Shown in pieces: positions 35,471-46,928 of a stretch of 64,000 bases of DNA. The position numbers were made by a program, and so were the translations under genes. Source of the stretch: an uncultured Phycisphaerales bacterium. GTDB lineage: Bacteria > Planctomycetota > Phycisphaerae > Tepidisphaerales > Tepidisphaeraceae. The notes beneath the pieces are model-generated. The model was given only the letters and a program-made list of their open reading frames with translations, ran no database searches and was not told the origin of the DNA. The stretch lies in the NCBI GenBank assembly GCA_963758525.1, contig CAVWVQ010000001.1:365540-429539 (forward strand). Reading direction: 5' to 3'. Position 1 is the stretch's first letter. Each line of letters starts with the position of its first letter.

Positions 35471-36601
35471 CTATTGCGGCTCTGGCAAGTCCGCGATGAA
35501 CTCGGCTAATTGCTTGCCGGTGGCGCTTTGGGCGTTGCGGACGTAGTACCCGCTGGTGGCTACTCCGACGCAGAGGCACTCCTCCAACGCCATCCCCAGG
35601 ACACGACCGAGGCAGAACCCGGCGTTGAAATGGTCGCCGGCGCCGGTGCTGATCTTCGGTTGCTGCACAAATGGCCCCGCAAACGTCGCGCTTGCTTGGG
35701 CGGTCGCTGCGGCGGCGCCGCCACGCGGATGCACCACGACACACGATAAGCCCAGCTTCCCGCGAATTGCCGCAGCAATCGCCTCGATCGACGCCTCCGG
35801 ATCAGCGGGGATCGGCAGGTGAAGCGCCTCGAGTATCTCCTGTGATTCCTTCAGATTTAATCCCAGCACCACGTCCACCTGCTGTTGAAATTGGCTCAAT
35901 GCCGTCAACGCTCCGGTGATGTCCGCATGCGTGCGTTTCTCCGGATCGGCCAGATCGCAGAAGAATGTGCTTGGCCGTTTCTGGCGATTCGGGCGCTTCG
36001 CCTCGAGCATCTTTTCCCAAATCTGCCCCATGTAAGGCAGCATCGTCCAGTTCACGAACGCGATCAGTTGGGACTCATCGATCAGCGAAAAAAACTTGTC
36101 GGCCCCCAGGCGCTGCTCGATGTTTTCCCAGTTCACGTCGTTGATCGACGCGAGTTTTCCCAGCATCAGTTTGCCGTCGTCAAACTCCAGCGCATCGGTA
36201 TGGCCCGGATCGGAAATGCGGATCATCGTCGCGCGGCGGGACATCTCCTCAAATACCGGATGCAGCATCGGGAAGCCCACCGCCCCAATGTACGTCACGC
36301 TCATCCCACCCGACGCCAGAGCGTTGGCCATGATCGGACCGTTGCCGCCGAGCTTCATCTGTTTGACGACCAGTTCGTAATTGCTCGACTGACCCGCCGC
36401 CGAGAGAATTTTCTGTCCGAGCGCGGCAATCGTCTTCACCGCGTCAAAGTGCGCAAAATCATGTCGTTTGTCGACAACCGCAATAATCTCGTCGACGAAT
36501 CCGTCCAGTCCGATGGTCGCCTTGAGCGTCGGAAGCTTCGGCAGCGCAACAGTCAGCTTCAGGCTGGTGGATGTGCAGATTTCTTTGCGGGATACCGGCA
36601 T
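35471..36601 (-). CDS. PfkB family carbohydrate kinase-like protein
   Basis: KLGGNG near the N-terminus and STGAGDHFNAGF signature. Confidence 0.85.
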   Translation of the reverse strand: MPVSRKEICTSTSLKLTVALPKLPTLKATIGLDGFVDEIIAVVDKRHDFAHFDAVKTIAALGQKILSAAGQSSNYELVVKQMKLGGNGPIMANALASGGMSVTYIGAVGFPMLHPVFEEMSRRATMIRISDPGHTDALEFDDGKLMLGKLASINDVNWENIEQRLGADKFFSLIDESQLIAFVNWTMLPYMGQIWEKMLEAKRPNRQKRPSTFFCDLADPEKRTHADITGALTALSQFQQQVDVVLGLNLKESQEILEALHLPIPADPEASIEAIAAAIRGKLGLSCVVVHPRGGAAAATAQASATFAGPFVQQPKISTGAGDHFNAGFCLGRVLGMALEECLCVGVATSGYYVRNAQSATGKQLAEFIADLPEPQ

Positions 36602-36652
36602 GCGGATCGAGCCTCAACAAATGGGATTGGTGCAAGAGGGGCGTCGCGACAA

Positions 36653-37165
36653 TCAGTGGCCGGCGGCTCCCCCGCCACTGGCGCCGCCGTTCACGCCTCC
36701 AGCATCGGAGGACTGCTGCTGGTTTTGCTGCGAAAGCGTCAGATCCGGAGGCGCGGGAAACGCCGTGCTCGACGCCGGCTCCTGAACGCCGCGGGCGATC
36801 ACGGGCGTAAAGGGACGCGTGGTGATCAGAGTAATCGGGAGGAATAACGTCTGTCCGATAAACGCAAGCGGCTCGGTGACGGGCTTGAGCGCCGCGGGCG
36901 TGTTGGGATTGGGCTGGTAATGGAACCGGGTGTCCCACGCCGGCACTGCGCCGCTTGGATAGATCGCCACCGAGCGGTCCCAATCGCGCTTCTGCATGGC
37001 CATGTCAATCGTCAACGGCGCATTGCTCAACTCCGGACGCGGCGCCGGCTGGGCGCTCGAGCAGCCCCAGGCGGAACATCCTGCCGCTCCGGCAAGAACG
37101 AACCGCGCCAAGAGCTTTGCGGAGCCAGACACTTTACCGAGACAATCAGGGGTTGAGCACATCAT
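36653..37165 (-). CDS. Hypothetical lipoprotein
   Basis: Hydrophobic stretch ending AWGC; fills the gap co-oriented with neighbours; start uncertain. Confidence 0.6.
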   Translation of the reverse strand: MMCSTPDCLGKVSGSAKLLARFVLAGAAGCSAWGCSSAQPAPRPELSNAPLTIDMAMQKRDWDRSVAIYPSGAVPAWDTRFHYQPNPNTPAALKPVTEPLAFIGQTLFLPITLITTRPFTPVIARGVQEPASSTAFPAPPDLTLSQQNQQQSSDAGGVNGGASGGGAAGH

Positions 37166-37385
37166 CCGCGTCCTTCTCAAAAGCTTTTCGATCGAACTGC
37201 GCGCCGGAGCCGGCAGTGATGTCATCGGGCTTCCCGACATCCGGCGAATAGCCGAAAGGATCCTTTAGCGCGTTCTCGGACCTTTGGTACGCACTGATCG
37301 GCTGCGTCGTCGGGCCGCCCTCGTCCGCACAGCCAACAAGGGCTCCCAGCGTCAGGCATGCAAGCAGGGTTGGCAGAGTTCGCAT
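37146..37385 (-). CDS. Small lipoprotein
   Basis: MRTLPTLLACLTLGALVGC lipobox; ALKDPFGYSP. Confidence 0.75.
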   Translation of the reverse strand: MRTLPTLLACLTLGALVGCADEGGPTTQPISAYQRSENALKDPFGYSPDVGKPDDITAGSGAQFDRKAFEKDADDVLNP

Positions 37386-37574
37386 CGCTGGCATCATACC
37401 AAGTTTGGCCGCTTTTTCCGGGGAAACTTCCCAACCTCCCAATCTTTATCGTCCGTTGCCAGTCCCATTGTGTGGAAATTCGAAGCCCGAACCGTGAGCA
37501 GTTGCTTCGTTCGTCCGATTCATTATTTGATTCTGGTTTCGGATTTCGTCATTCGGGTTTCCCGGCGGCCGGGC

Positions 37575-39109
<1,535 letters not shown>

Positions 39110-39156
39110 GTGATAGGATTAGACCCCAGGCCCGATCCTGTCAACTGTGCGACGCG

Positions 39157-39444
39157 TCAATCGTGGAGATACACCTTGTGCCTCGGGCGGCTCCGCAGAA
39201 TCTCGGCTTTCCCCCAGGCCACGACCTGGCCGAAAGTTGGACTGTGGATGAAAGCCTCGAACGATTGCTTGGTCGTCCACTGGCTCAGGATAACATAGCT
39301 GCCGACGGAGGCGACGTCTTCATAGAGATGAGATTCGACATGGCCGTCGATGGTCTTGAGGTGTTCGAGCACGCCGAGAAATCCTTTTTCGAATTCCTCT
39401 TCCTTGCCGGCGATCACGTCGTAATGCATCCCAATCGTTGTCAT
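39157..39444 (-). CDS. Antibiotic biosynthesis monooxygenase (ABM) family protein
   Basis: GKEEEFE...SHLY...YVILSQW...FEAF..S..F pattern; GGAG RBS. Confidence 0.85.
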   Translation of the reverse strand: MTTIGMHYDVIAGKEEEFEKGFLGVLEHLKTIDGHVESHLYEDVASVGSYVILSQWTTKQSFEAFIHSPTFGQVVAWGKAEILRSRPRHKVYLHD

Positions 39445-39519
39445 GTAAAGTCTTTGCTCCCGGAAGAACATAGCGGGAGTACGGCGCGACCGAAAGGGGC
39501 GGGCGTTGAACGAATGACC

Positions 39520-40641
39520 TCATTGATCGTCGAACCAGCTCAGGTCCCACTCCGCCAGCCACTCGACACGTGGCCGGCCGTCGATGAACTGCACGGGAAG
39601 CCAGACATACCGCCCGTCGATCGCGTTGTCGGGACGCCAGCGATCGGCCAGGTAGATGAACGCGCCGTCGCGGCCAGCGACCGGCAGCACAAACGTCGGC
39701 TGCGAGTCGTAACTGGTGAGCAACTGATCCGCGGGCCCGACAAACGGATTGCCCAGTTCCGTCCAAGGTCCAAAAACCGAATCGGCCACCGCGGAGCGCG
39801 TGGGATTGGGCAGCCAGCCGGTGCAGCCTGAAGTGAAAAGGTAGTACTTGCCGTGATGCTTGAAGATCGCGGGAGCCTCGTGAAAGCCGCCTGGAAACAC
39901 GCGCGCATATTTGCCGGCTGATGTCAGGTAATCATCGCTGAGCTGCGAAATGTGCAGGACGCCATTGTCTTCAGAGGCGTAAATGTGGTACGCCGCGCCG
40001 TCGTCATCGACGAAGAGCGTCATGTCCCGCGCCATCTGTCCCCCGGCAAAATCGCGGCGGAAGAACAGATCGAGCGGATACCCCGGCACCGGCGCGCCCT
40101 TCATCTTCAACCTCTCGATTGATGCGAGCTCATCGGGAGAGATGCGGCGTTTCATTTCCTCCGCGACATTGAGCGGCCACGCTCCCGCGTTGGGGCGAAA
40201 TGACCTGACGAACCGGTATGGTCCCGTCACCTCGCTGCTGACGGCCAGACCGCTCAGCGCGCCGCTGTAGTCCGTCCCCTTCGGCTCCAGATGGAACCAC
40301 ATGACGAATTGAGCGGTCTTCGCGTTGTAGACAACCTTCGGGCGTTCGAGAATGCAGCCGCCGACGATGCGGCTCTTGGGATCGTCGGACACTTTCAGCA
40401 CGATCCCGCGGTCTTCCCAGTTGCACAGGTCCGTTGAGGAATAGCACCCGACCCCGACATGCGCGAAGTTCCCGGCCTTGCCGGCGGTCTTGTGCTCGCC
40501 AAACCAATAGTAGGTCCCGTCGTGATGGAGAATGCCGCCGCCGTGAGCGTTGATGTGCGTGCCGCTGGTGTCGGGCCACGTCTCTCCCGGCTTGAAGGAG
40601 TGATGAACGGCAGAAGCGCTATTGACTGCTGGGTTTGTCAT
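39520..40641 (-). CDS. Glycoside hydrolase family 43 (GH43_24-like)
   Basis: INAHGGG, YYWFGE, ERPKV, RDMTLFVDDDG, EAPA, SGCTGW, SQPTFV, DRW. Confidence 0.9.
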   Translation of the reverse strand: MTNPAVNSASAVHHSFKPGETWPDTSGTHINAHGGGILHHDGTYYWFGEHKTAGKAGNFAHVGVGCYSSTDLCNWEDRGIVLKVSDDPKSRIVGGCILERPKVVYNAKTAQFVMWFHLEPKGTDYSGALSGLAVSSEVTGPYRFVRSFRPNAGAWPLNVAEEMKRRISPDELASIERLKMKGAPVPGYPLDLFFRRDFAGGQMARDMTLFVDDDGAAYHIYASEDNGVLHISQLSDDYLTSAGKYARVFPGGFHEAPAIFKHHGKYYLFTSGCTGWLPNPTRSAVADSVFGPWTELGNPFVGPADQLLTSYDSQPTFVLPVAGRDGAFIYLADRWRPDNAIDGRYVWLPVQFIDGRPRVEWLAEWDLSWFDDQ

Positions 40642-42344
40642 TTTGCACGTTGTTTCGACGGAGCTGACCCGGACGTGATTCCCGCGTCGCAGCCGAGACC
40701 GGCTGTGGCAGCGCCCCCGTCCATCTCAAAGTAATCGAAATCCGCGGTCGCTTGCGCACCGTTGAGGTCTTGTGCGCAGATGCCGATGAACGCGCCGGTG
40801 AAACGGAGATAGGGCCCGTAGTCGTCGGATAGTTTTGAAGCGTCCAGGGCTGGCCCGATTTGGCGCCAGTTCTGGCCATCAGGTGACGCGAAGAATTCGA
40901 GCCGATCATGATCGATCGTCGCGCGAAGGTGACATTGCCGCCATTCGTTGATCGCGATCTGGCTCTGCGAAAGCTCGTCATAGGTTCCGTTGTCCGCCAG
41001 GACAATCCCGAGAACCTTGCCGAGAACCTCATCGTGGGTCACGCGCAGGTAGTAGTGCATCCGGCGGTCGTACCAGCAGATCAACCCGGCCATCTGTGAA
41101 AAATGCGTCGGCTCAAATTCGAGGCACGTTTGCGCGGTGCATCGAAACGCATCGAGACGTCGCGCCACAAAACTCTGGTCGAAGAACGAGTAAAGCGAGT
41201 CCCGCCCGCGAAGGCGCAGCCAGCCCGGACGCTGAGTCAGGGTCGCCCACGAATTCTCGATCGGAATGCGAAGGGAGCAGAACCGCGCGTCCAGCGCCTC
41301 GCTGTTAAAATCGTCCCGCTGGGTGCGGGACGCCGCGGGCAAAGTCCTTGCGGCGAGCATTGCCCCCTCCCCTGGCACTCCGGGGGAGGGCTGGGCTGGC
41401 CAAGGTGATGGGGCGAAATCGCTTGGAGAGGCGACTTCCACCTGCGGATCGGTGCCGCCGCTCTCAAGCCGCAGCCAACCTTCCGCGTTCCAAACGACTC
41501 GCTGTAACGCCGTTTCCCGCCCGAGCATGCAGCGGCGTTCCGGATAAAGCGGCCGACTGCAGAGATGCGCCAGATACCATTCGCCCGATGGCGTCTGAGC
41601 TAATTCGCCATGCCCAGCTTTTTGCAGCGCCAGCCCGGGGCTTTTCCGCGACGTCAGCAGCAGCGGCAGCGGGTCCAGCTCATACGGCCCTGCGATCGAC
41701 CGACTCCGCGCCATCGAAATCCCATGATTCCAGCCCGTGCCCCCCTCGGCCAGCATCAGGTAATACCACCCGTTGACCTTGTACAGATTCGGCCCCTCCA
41801 ACAGCAACGGCTTGGTCAGAATCGTCTGTGGCACACCCACCATTTCCCCGCGTTTGGCGTCATATTCCTGCAATACGATCCCAGCGAACCGCGACCGGCC
41901 CTTGCGGAAATCCCACTGCATGTTGACCAGCCATTTGCGGCCGTCGGCATCGTGGAACAGCGACGCATCGAAGCCGCTGGAATTCAGATAGATCGGCTCC
42001 GACCAGGGCCCCTCGATCTTCGGCGATGTAATCAAATAATTACGAAGATCCTTAAACGGCGGCTCGATCGTCCGAACGATTGTGCAGATCAGGTAGAACT
42101 GCCCATCGGCATAGCTCAGCGATGGCGCCCAGATGCCCGCGGAATCCGGCACGCCGTGAAGGTCAAGTTGCGAGCGGCGCGTGAGCGCGTGGCCCGCAAG
42201 TCTCCAATGTTCCAGATCCCGTGAGTGATAAATAGGAACGCCGGGAAACCATTCAAAGGTGCTGTTGGCAATGTAGTAGTCTTCCCCGACCCGAAGAAAC
42301 GACGGATCCGGATGAAAGCCAGGCAAGATTGGATTGCGAATCAT
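40638..42344 (-). CDS. GH43 beta-xylosidase/arabinofuranosidase with C-terminal beta-sandwich
   Basis: NPILPGFHPDPS, STFEWFPG, WAP, GFDASLF, EGP, AEGGT, GHG, GRET, FTGAFIG. Confidence 0.93.
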   Translation of the reverse strand: MIRNPILPGFHPDPSFLRVGEDYYIANSTFEWFPGVPIYHSRDLEHWRLAGHALTRRSQLDLHGVPDSAGIWAPSLSYADGQFYLICTIVRTIEPPFKDLRNYLITSPKIEGPWSEPIYLNSSGFDASLFHDADGRKWLVNMQWDFRKGRSRFAGIVLQEYDAKRGEMVGVPQTILTKPLLLEGPNLYKVNGWYYLMLAEGGTGWNHGISMARSRSIAGPYELDPLPLLLTSRKSPGLALQKAGHGELAQTPSGEWYLAHLCSRPLYPERRCMLGRETALQRVVWNAEGWLRLESGGTDPQVEVASPSDFAPSPWPAQPSPGVPGEGAMLAARTLPAASRTQRDDFNSEALDARFCSLRIPIENSWATLTQRPGWLRLRGRDSLYSFFDQSFVARRLDAFRCTAQTCLEFEPTHFSQMAGLICWYDRRMHYYLRVTHDEVLGKVLGIVLADNGTYDELSQSQIAINEWRQCHLRATIDHDRLEFFASPDGQNWRQIGPALDASKLSDDYGPYLRFTGAFIGICAQDLNGAQATADFDYFEMDGGAATAGLGCDAGITSGSAPSKQRAK

Positions 42345-42360
42345 GTTGCAAGACTCCGAT

Positions 42361-43948
42361 TTATTCTTCGCCCATGTCACGAACCAGCACTACCTGCCAC
42401 GGATCAATCCACCGCTCAAGCACAAATCGCCCGGAGTCGTTGGCGCGAAACACCTCGATTTGCAATCGCGCAGCGCTCTCGCGCAGCGAAGCTGCCTGCT
42501 CGCGCGACAGCGGATCGGGTTCACCCATCGCGGCCCACGCTCCCATCGCGTTGCCCGAATGATGTCCCAGAGTTTCGATAACCACGCGCGAACCCGGCGC
42601 CATGCCGCTCAACTCGATCGACAGCTTCGTCGCGGACCCCGTGGCGAGGGTTCTCCGCGCGACCTCGCGCGAACCCGTCGAGGTCGGAACCGCGACTTTC
42701 ACCTCTTCGGGATAGTGATATGCCAGGGCCGCCAGCTTCCCAGTCGCTTGATCTCGAGTCACGATCGCCCCCGGCGATGTCCGGACCATCTCATCGCCCA
42801 GCGCGTGCAGCAGCCGATACGCGTGAAACGTCGGCTTCACGATGCCCTGGAAGTTGATCATTCCAAATCCGCCGTGAAACGCCGTGTCTCCCGCGCCGCT
42901 CTCCTCAAAGACGTCGGTGAAGGTCCAGTAGGACATCGAATTGACAAGCCCGGCCGACTCAACGTTGCATTTCACGACGTATGTCGCCGCCTGAAGATGA
43001 TCGTGCGTGTGATCGCGCGGGACGGACTCGAGCTCCATTCGGTGAGATGAATCTCGGCGTGGGGATAATGACTTTCATCGATCATCCGCCGCAGGAGCGT
43101 GAGATCGTTGCGCGTTGAATCGACGCCGCGCGTATAGTTGCTCCCGCGCCCCAGTTCATCCAGCGCCCAGTCGGTCGGGTATGGATGCGTCGAAAGAAAA
43201 TCGAGCGGCAATGCGTTGCGATGACAGAACTCCAGGAACTGGCCGATCCACACGGGACGCCAGTCGAGCGCGTCGAGATCGACGGCCCTGGTGACGACGC
43301 GGTGGCTCGACAAGTCTTCTGTCTCCCCGTCAAAACGCGCATCGGGGACGAAGTTGCTCGTTGACGGGCCGCCCACGCGGAGCCGCGAATCGATCTGTTT
43401 AATCGCGAGCGCCGACACCCTGTACAACTCAAAGTATTGAGCCCTGGTGCCCGCGAAGAACGGAGAAAGATTCGGCTCGTTCCAGACTTCAAAATACCAG
43501 CGGCGCACCTCATCGATTCCGTATCGGTTCACCCAATGTGAGACCGTTCTTCGGACCAGTTCCACCCACTTGGCGTAATCCTTCGGCGGCGATCCGTTTC
43601 CCTTCCACCAGAACACTGTCCCCTTTTTAGCAGCCAGATCCCCCGGGCAGAAGGCCAACTCAACGAACGGGCGAACGCCAATCTCCAGCAGACGGTCAAA
43701 CAGCTCGTCGACATATTGGAAGTTGCAGACGCCAACGCCGTCTGTTTCGCGGTAGACAAACATGTCGTCGTGAAACAGGCCATGAAAACGCACAAACTGG
43801 AAGCCGCAAAGTTCGTGCGCTTTTTGAAGTTGCTCCAGCCAGTTGCGCGCAGCCCTTCATTCGCACGGCCGGCTCCGACGCACACGCTCCAGAAATGTTT
43901 CAGCGCCCGACCCGGGTCCTTTGCGCCGGCCTCAATTCTGATTGCCAT
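42361..43948 (-). CDS. GH39 beta-xylosidase; apparent frameshifts near 43845 and 43020
   Basis: VGAGRA, RFHGLFHDDM, WNEP (acid/base), THPYP, TEW (nucleophile), YWTFTDVFEE, FHGGFG. Confidence 0.92.
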
Positions 43949-43969
43949 GAAGGAATCCAGCCAATTCCG

Positions 43970-45856
43970 TTAACGCGCGCCCGGTTCGATCGGAAATCCG
44001 CGCGGTTCGGCGTCCGCGACCGACTGCTCGGGCAGATCTTCGTAGCCCAGATCATTGATCGGGCTTCCGTCGGCATGAACGGAAACCGGCGCTGGCGCCG
44101 CCGCAAGCGCTGCCGCGTTCCTGCGCCCAAGAGTGGTGAGAAGCGTCCCCATTCCGAAAATGACGCCGCCGCAGAAGATGAAACAGAGCCGGCCGCGCGC
44201 CGAATTGGGGATTGCGGTCAGCAGCAGGACAAACGCTCCGTAGACCAGGCAGAGCGTGCCGATCATGCGATACATGATTCCGTCGTAGTTCTCCAATTTC
44301 TCCGTGACGGCGTTGATGGGCGTCCGAAGATGTTCGAAGAAGATTTCCACGCGCTGGCGATGCGCCGCAGAACTGCGGGCATAGAAGATGGACGATCCGA
44401 AGAACCAGCAGATGCAGGCGGCCCCGTTGATCAGCACCGTCGCGAAGAGGAGAAAATCGGTCTGCTCGCGATCGGACAGCGCGTGATCCAGGCCGATTTG
44501 GCGCATGCACCATTGCGGACTGAGGTAGAACTTGACGAACAGTGAGGAGGCAAATCCCACGCTCGCGGTGCTCCATCCCGACCATCCGGGAGTCCGCTTG
44601 AAAAACAGCCCAAGAAACAGCGGGATCATCAGCGGCAGGCTCAGGCTCGCGGCGAGTTGATTCATCAGGTCGAACAAACCGGTACTTCGATAGCGGTTTA
44701 CCAGGACGGACGTGCCCACGATGATCGTGCCGAAGACCGCGGTGCATATCTTCCCGACCACCAGCAGTTTTTTTTCGGAGCACTGGGGGTTCACGATCGG
44801 CTTGTAGAAATTGCGAACAAAGACTCCCACGCCTTTATTGAGGCCCGCGTCCATGGAGGTCAGCGTGGCGCCGAACATCGCGCAGATCAGCAGCGCGATC
44901 AATCCCTGCGGCATCACGTCGCGGCAGACCGCGACGAATGCAGCTTCAGACGGCTGGACAAGTCTTGCATATTCGTGCGCCAGATCGGGATGGGTAATCC
45001 GCGCGACCATCGGCGGGATGATCCATATCATCGGACCCAGGATCGTGCCGATGAGGGGTATCAGCACCATCCGGCGGGCGTCGCGGTCGCTCTTGACCAT
45101 GAGATACATGGTCGAGCTTTCCATGTTGTTGGTGTCAAAAAACTTCAGACCGAGCTGTCCGACCACCCACAACCACACGATTTGCGGTGCCGCCAGATCG
45201 CTCCAGTGGAAGAACGAATGTGGGACGCCGGCAATGAGCTTATGCAGCCCGCCAACCGCCGGCTGGCGCAGCGCGAGATACGCTGCCACCAGCGTAATGG
45301 TCATGACCAGCAGCATCTGCACAAAGTCGCTGGCCAGCACCGCCCACGCGCCGCCGACCAGGGCAACGACCGTTACGATTGTTCCAAGCACGAACAGCGT
45401 CGCATTCATGTCGACATTGAACACCGACGACATGAAGACTCCGACGGCGTTGAGCCCCACCCCGCTGAAGATCAGCAGCAACGGAAGTTTGATCCAGGTA
45501 TAAAACTGCTCGGTACCCTGTCCGTAGCGGTGACGCACGCCCTCCATCCAGGTCACCACCCGCATCCGGCGAAATCGATAACACGTGAAAATCAGGACGA
45601 CGACCAACGGCGGAATGGTCGCGTAATACATCCCCAGCACGAGCGTACCGGTCTGATAGATCTTTCCCGCCGCCCCCGTGAAGGTCCACGCGCTGAAGGT
45701 GGCGATCCACGCTGAGACTCCGGTGATCCACCACGGCATCGACCCGCCGCACCGAAAGTAGTCGCTCGTGTTTTTGCTCAGCCGGCGGAAGATCAGGCCC
45801 ACGATCAGGATGAACGCGAAATAGAACCCAATGATGAGGTAATCGTAAATCGTCAT
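43970..45856 (-). CDS. Sodium:solute symporter (SSS) family transporter
   Basis: DYF..G.SMPWW, FSAWTFTG, GGAWAVLASD, many TM helices. Confidence 0.92.
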   Translation of the reverse strand: MTIYDYLIIGFYFAFILIVGLIFRRLSKNTSDYFRCGGSMPWWITGVSAWIATFSAWTFTGAAGKIYQTGTLVLGMYYATIPPLVVVLIFTCYRFRRMRVVTWMEGVRHRYGQGTEQFYTWIKLPLLLIFSGVGLNAVGVFMSSVFNVDMNATLFVLGTIVTVVALVGGAWAVLASDFVQMLLVMTITLVAAYLALRQPAVGGLHKLIAGVPHSFFHWSDLAAPQIVWLWVVGQLGLKFFDTNNMESSTMYLMVKSDRDARRMVLIPLIGTILGPMIWIIPPMVARITHPDLAHEYARLVQPSEAAFVAVCRDVMPQGLIALLICAMFGATLTSMDAGLNKGVGVFVRNFYKPIVNPQCSEKKLLVVGKICTAVFGTIIVGTSVLVNRYRSTGLFDLMNQLAASLSLPLMIPLFLGLFFKRTPGWSGWSTASVGFASSLFVKFYLSPQWCMRQIGLDHALSDREQTDFLLFATVLINGAACICWFFGSSIFYARSSAAHRQRVEIFFEHLRTPINAVTEKLENYDGIMYRMIGTLCLVYGAFVLLLTAIPNSARGRLCFIFCGGVIFGMGTLLTTLGRRNAAALAAAPAPVSVHADGSPINDLGYEDLPEQSVADAEPRGFPIEPGAR

Positions 45857-46224
45857 CTGCGTCCGCCCGCCAATTGCACGCGCTCCATTAGATCATTTTG
45901 CCCGCAGGGGGAAAGGGCTCCACGAAACGCTCTGCGCCGCCACGCTCCGTCACTGCCCACTCCGCCCACGCCGAAAAAACCGTCCGGCGGCAGCTTAATC
46001 GAGAAAGTGGTCCGCCGATTGATCAAACCGCGGAATTTCTCTCTCGTTTTGCGTCACTGGCGCAGCGTCTGCGCCAGGCTCCCGGAAGAACGCGCGTTTG
46101 CGTCGCGCGGCTGCGATTGCCCGGCGGCGCCGGCTCGGCGGGGCTCCGCGACGACGGCGACGGATCGGAAACTTCGAACGCCTTTCCGGGGGCGTGCGCG
46201 GATTTTCCGGGGAGTGACTTCTTG

Positions 46225-46345
46225 CCTCCTCCCCTCGTACCTGGGGGGGAGGACTGAGGTGGGGGGAGATCGTTCATTTGACGGGGCCCGCCGGACGGAC
46301 GAACGCCCACCCCAACCCTCCCCAGAGTACACTAGGGGAGGGGGC
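46225..46345. repeat. REP-like family A inverted pair
   Basis: CCTCCCCTCGTACCTGGGGGGGAGG...CCCTCCCCAGAGTACACTAGGGGAGGGGG. Confidence 0.8.
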
Positions 46346-46560
46346 AAGAGCGGGATATCGCCGCGAACAGGTTGCACCCGGAAATTCGCGCACGCCCCCC
46401 TCCGGCTGGATTTAATTAAATGTAGAAATCCCCCTATCCAAAAGGTTATGATTTGGCGGGGAAGCCAAACGCATACCGTCTGGGATGGCAGCAGCGGTGA
46501 CGCATCGGATTCGGCCCTGGCAAGGCTCTAATCCCGCAGGTGGTTTTTGGAGGAACCGGC

Positions 46561-46928
46561 ATGTCGACTATTCTCGTCGTGGATGACGATCAGCTCGCCG
46601 CGGAATCGTTCACCGCATTCCTCAGGCATCTCGGTTATCGCGTGAGCTTTGCCACGAGCGGTTCGGCGGCGTTGGAAACACTGCGGGGGGATTTGCCCGA
46701 TCTGGTGATTCTGGATGTGATGATGCCGGACTTGAACGGCGTGGAGCTGCTGCGTCGCATTAGGGCCGATGTCCGGACTGCCACGGTGCCGGTCGTGATT
46801 TACAGGCGCTGGACGATGATCAGTGGGAGGCGCAGGCGAGAGATGCGGGCGCGCGCGATTACTGGATCAAGGGCGGGTTCGGCTTTGGAGAACTTGAGGA
46901 GAAGGTCCGATCGCAACTGCACGCATGA
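46561..46928 (+). CDS. Single-domain response regulator; apparent frameshift near 46805
   Basis: GGAGG RBS, ILVVDDD, ILDVMMP; the next frame gives ALDD...AGARDYWIKG to TGA overlapping the next ATG. Confidence 0.88.

Noticed and set aside
45857..46560. ORFs, tRNA or riboswitch in the long intergenic region
   Set aside because: ORFs derive from REP and GC-rich sequence; no cloverleaf or recognisable aptamer consensus.
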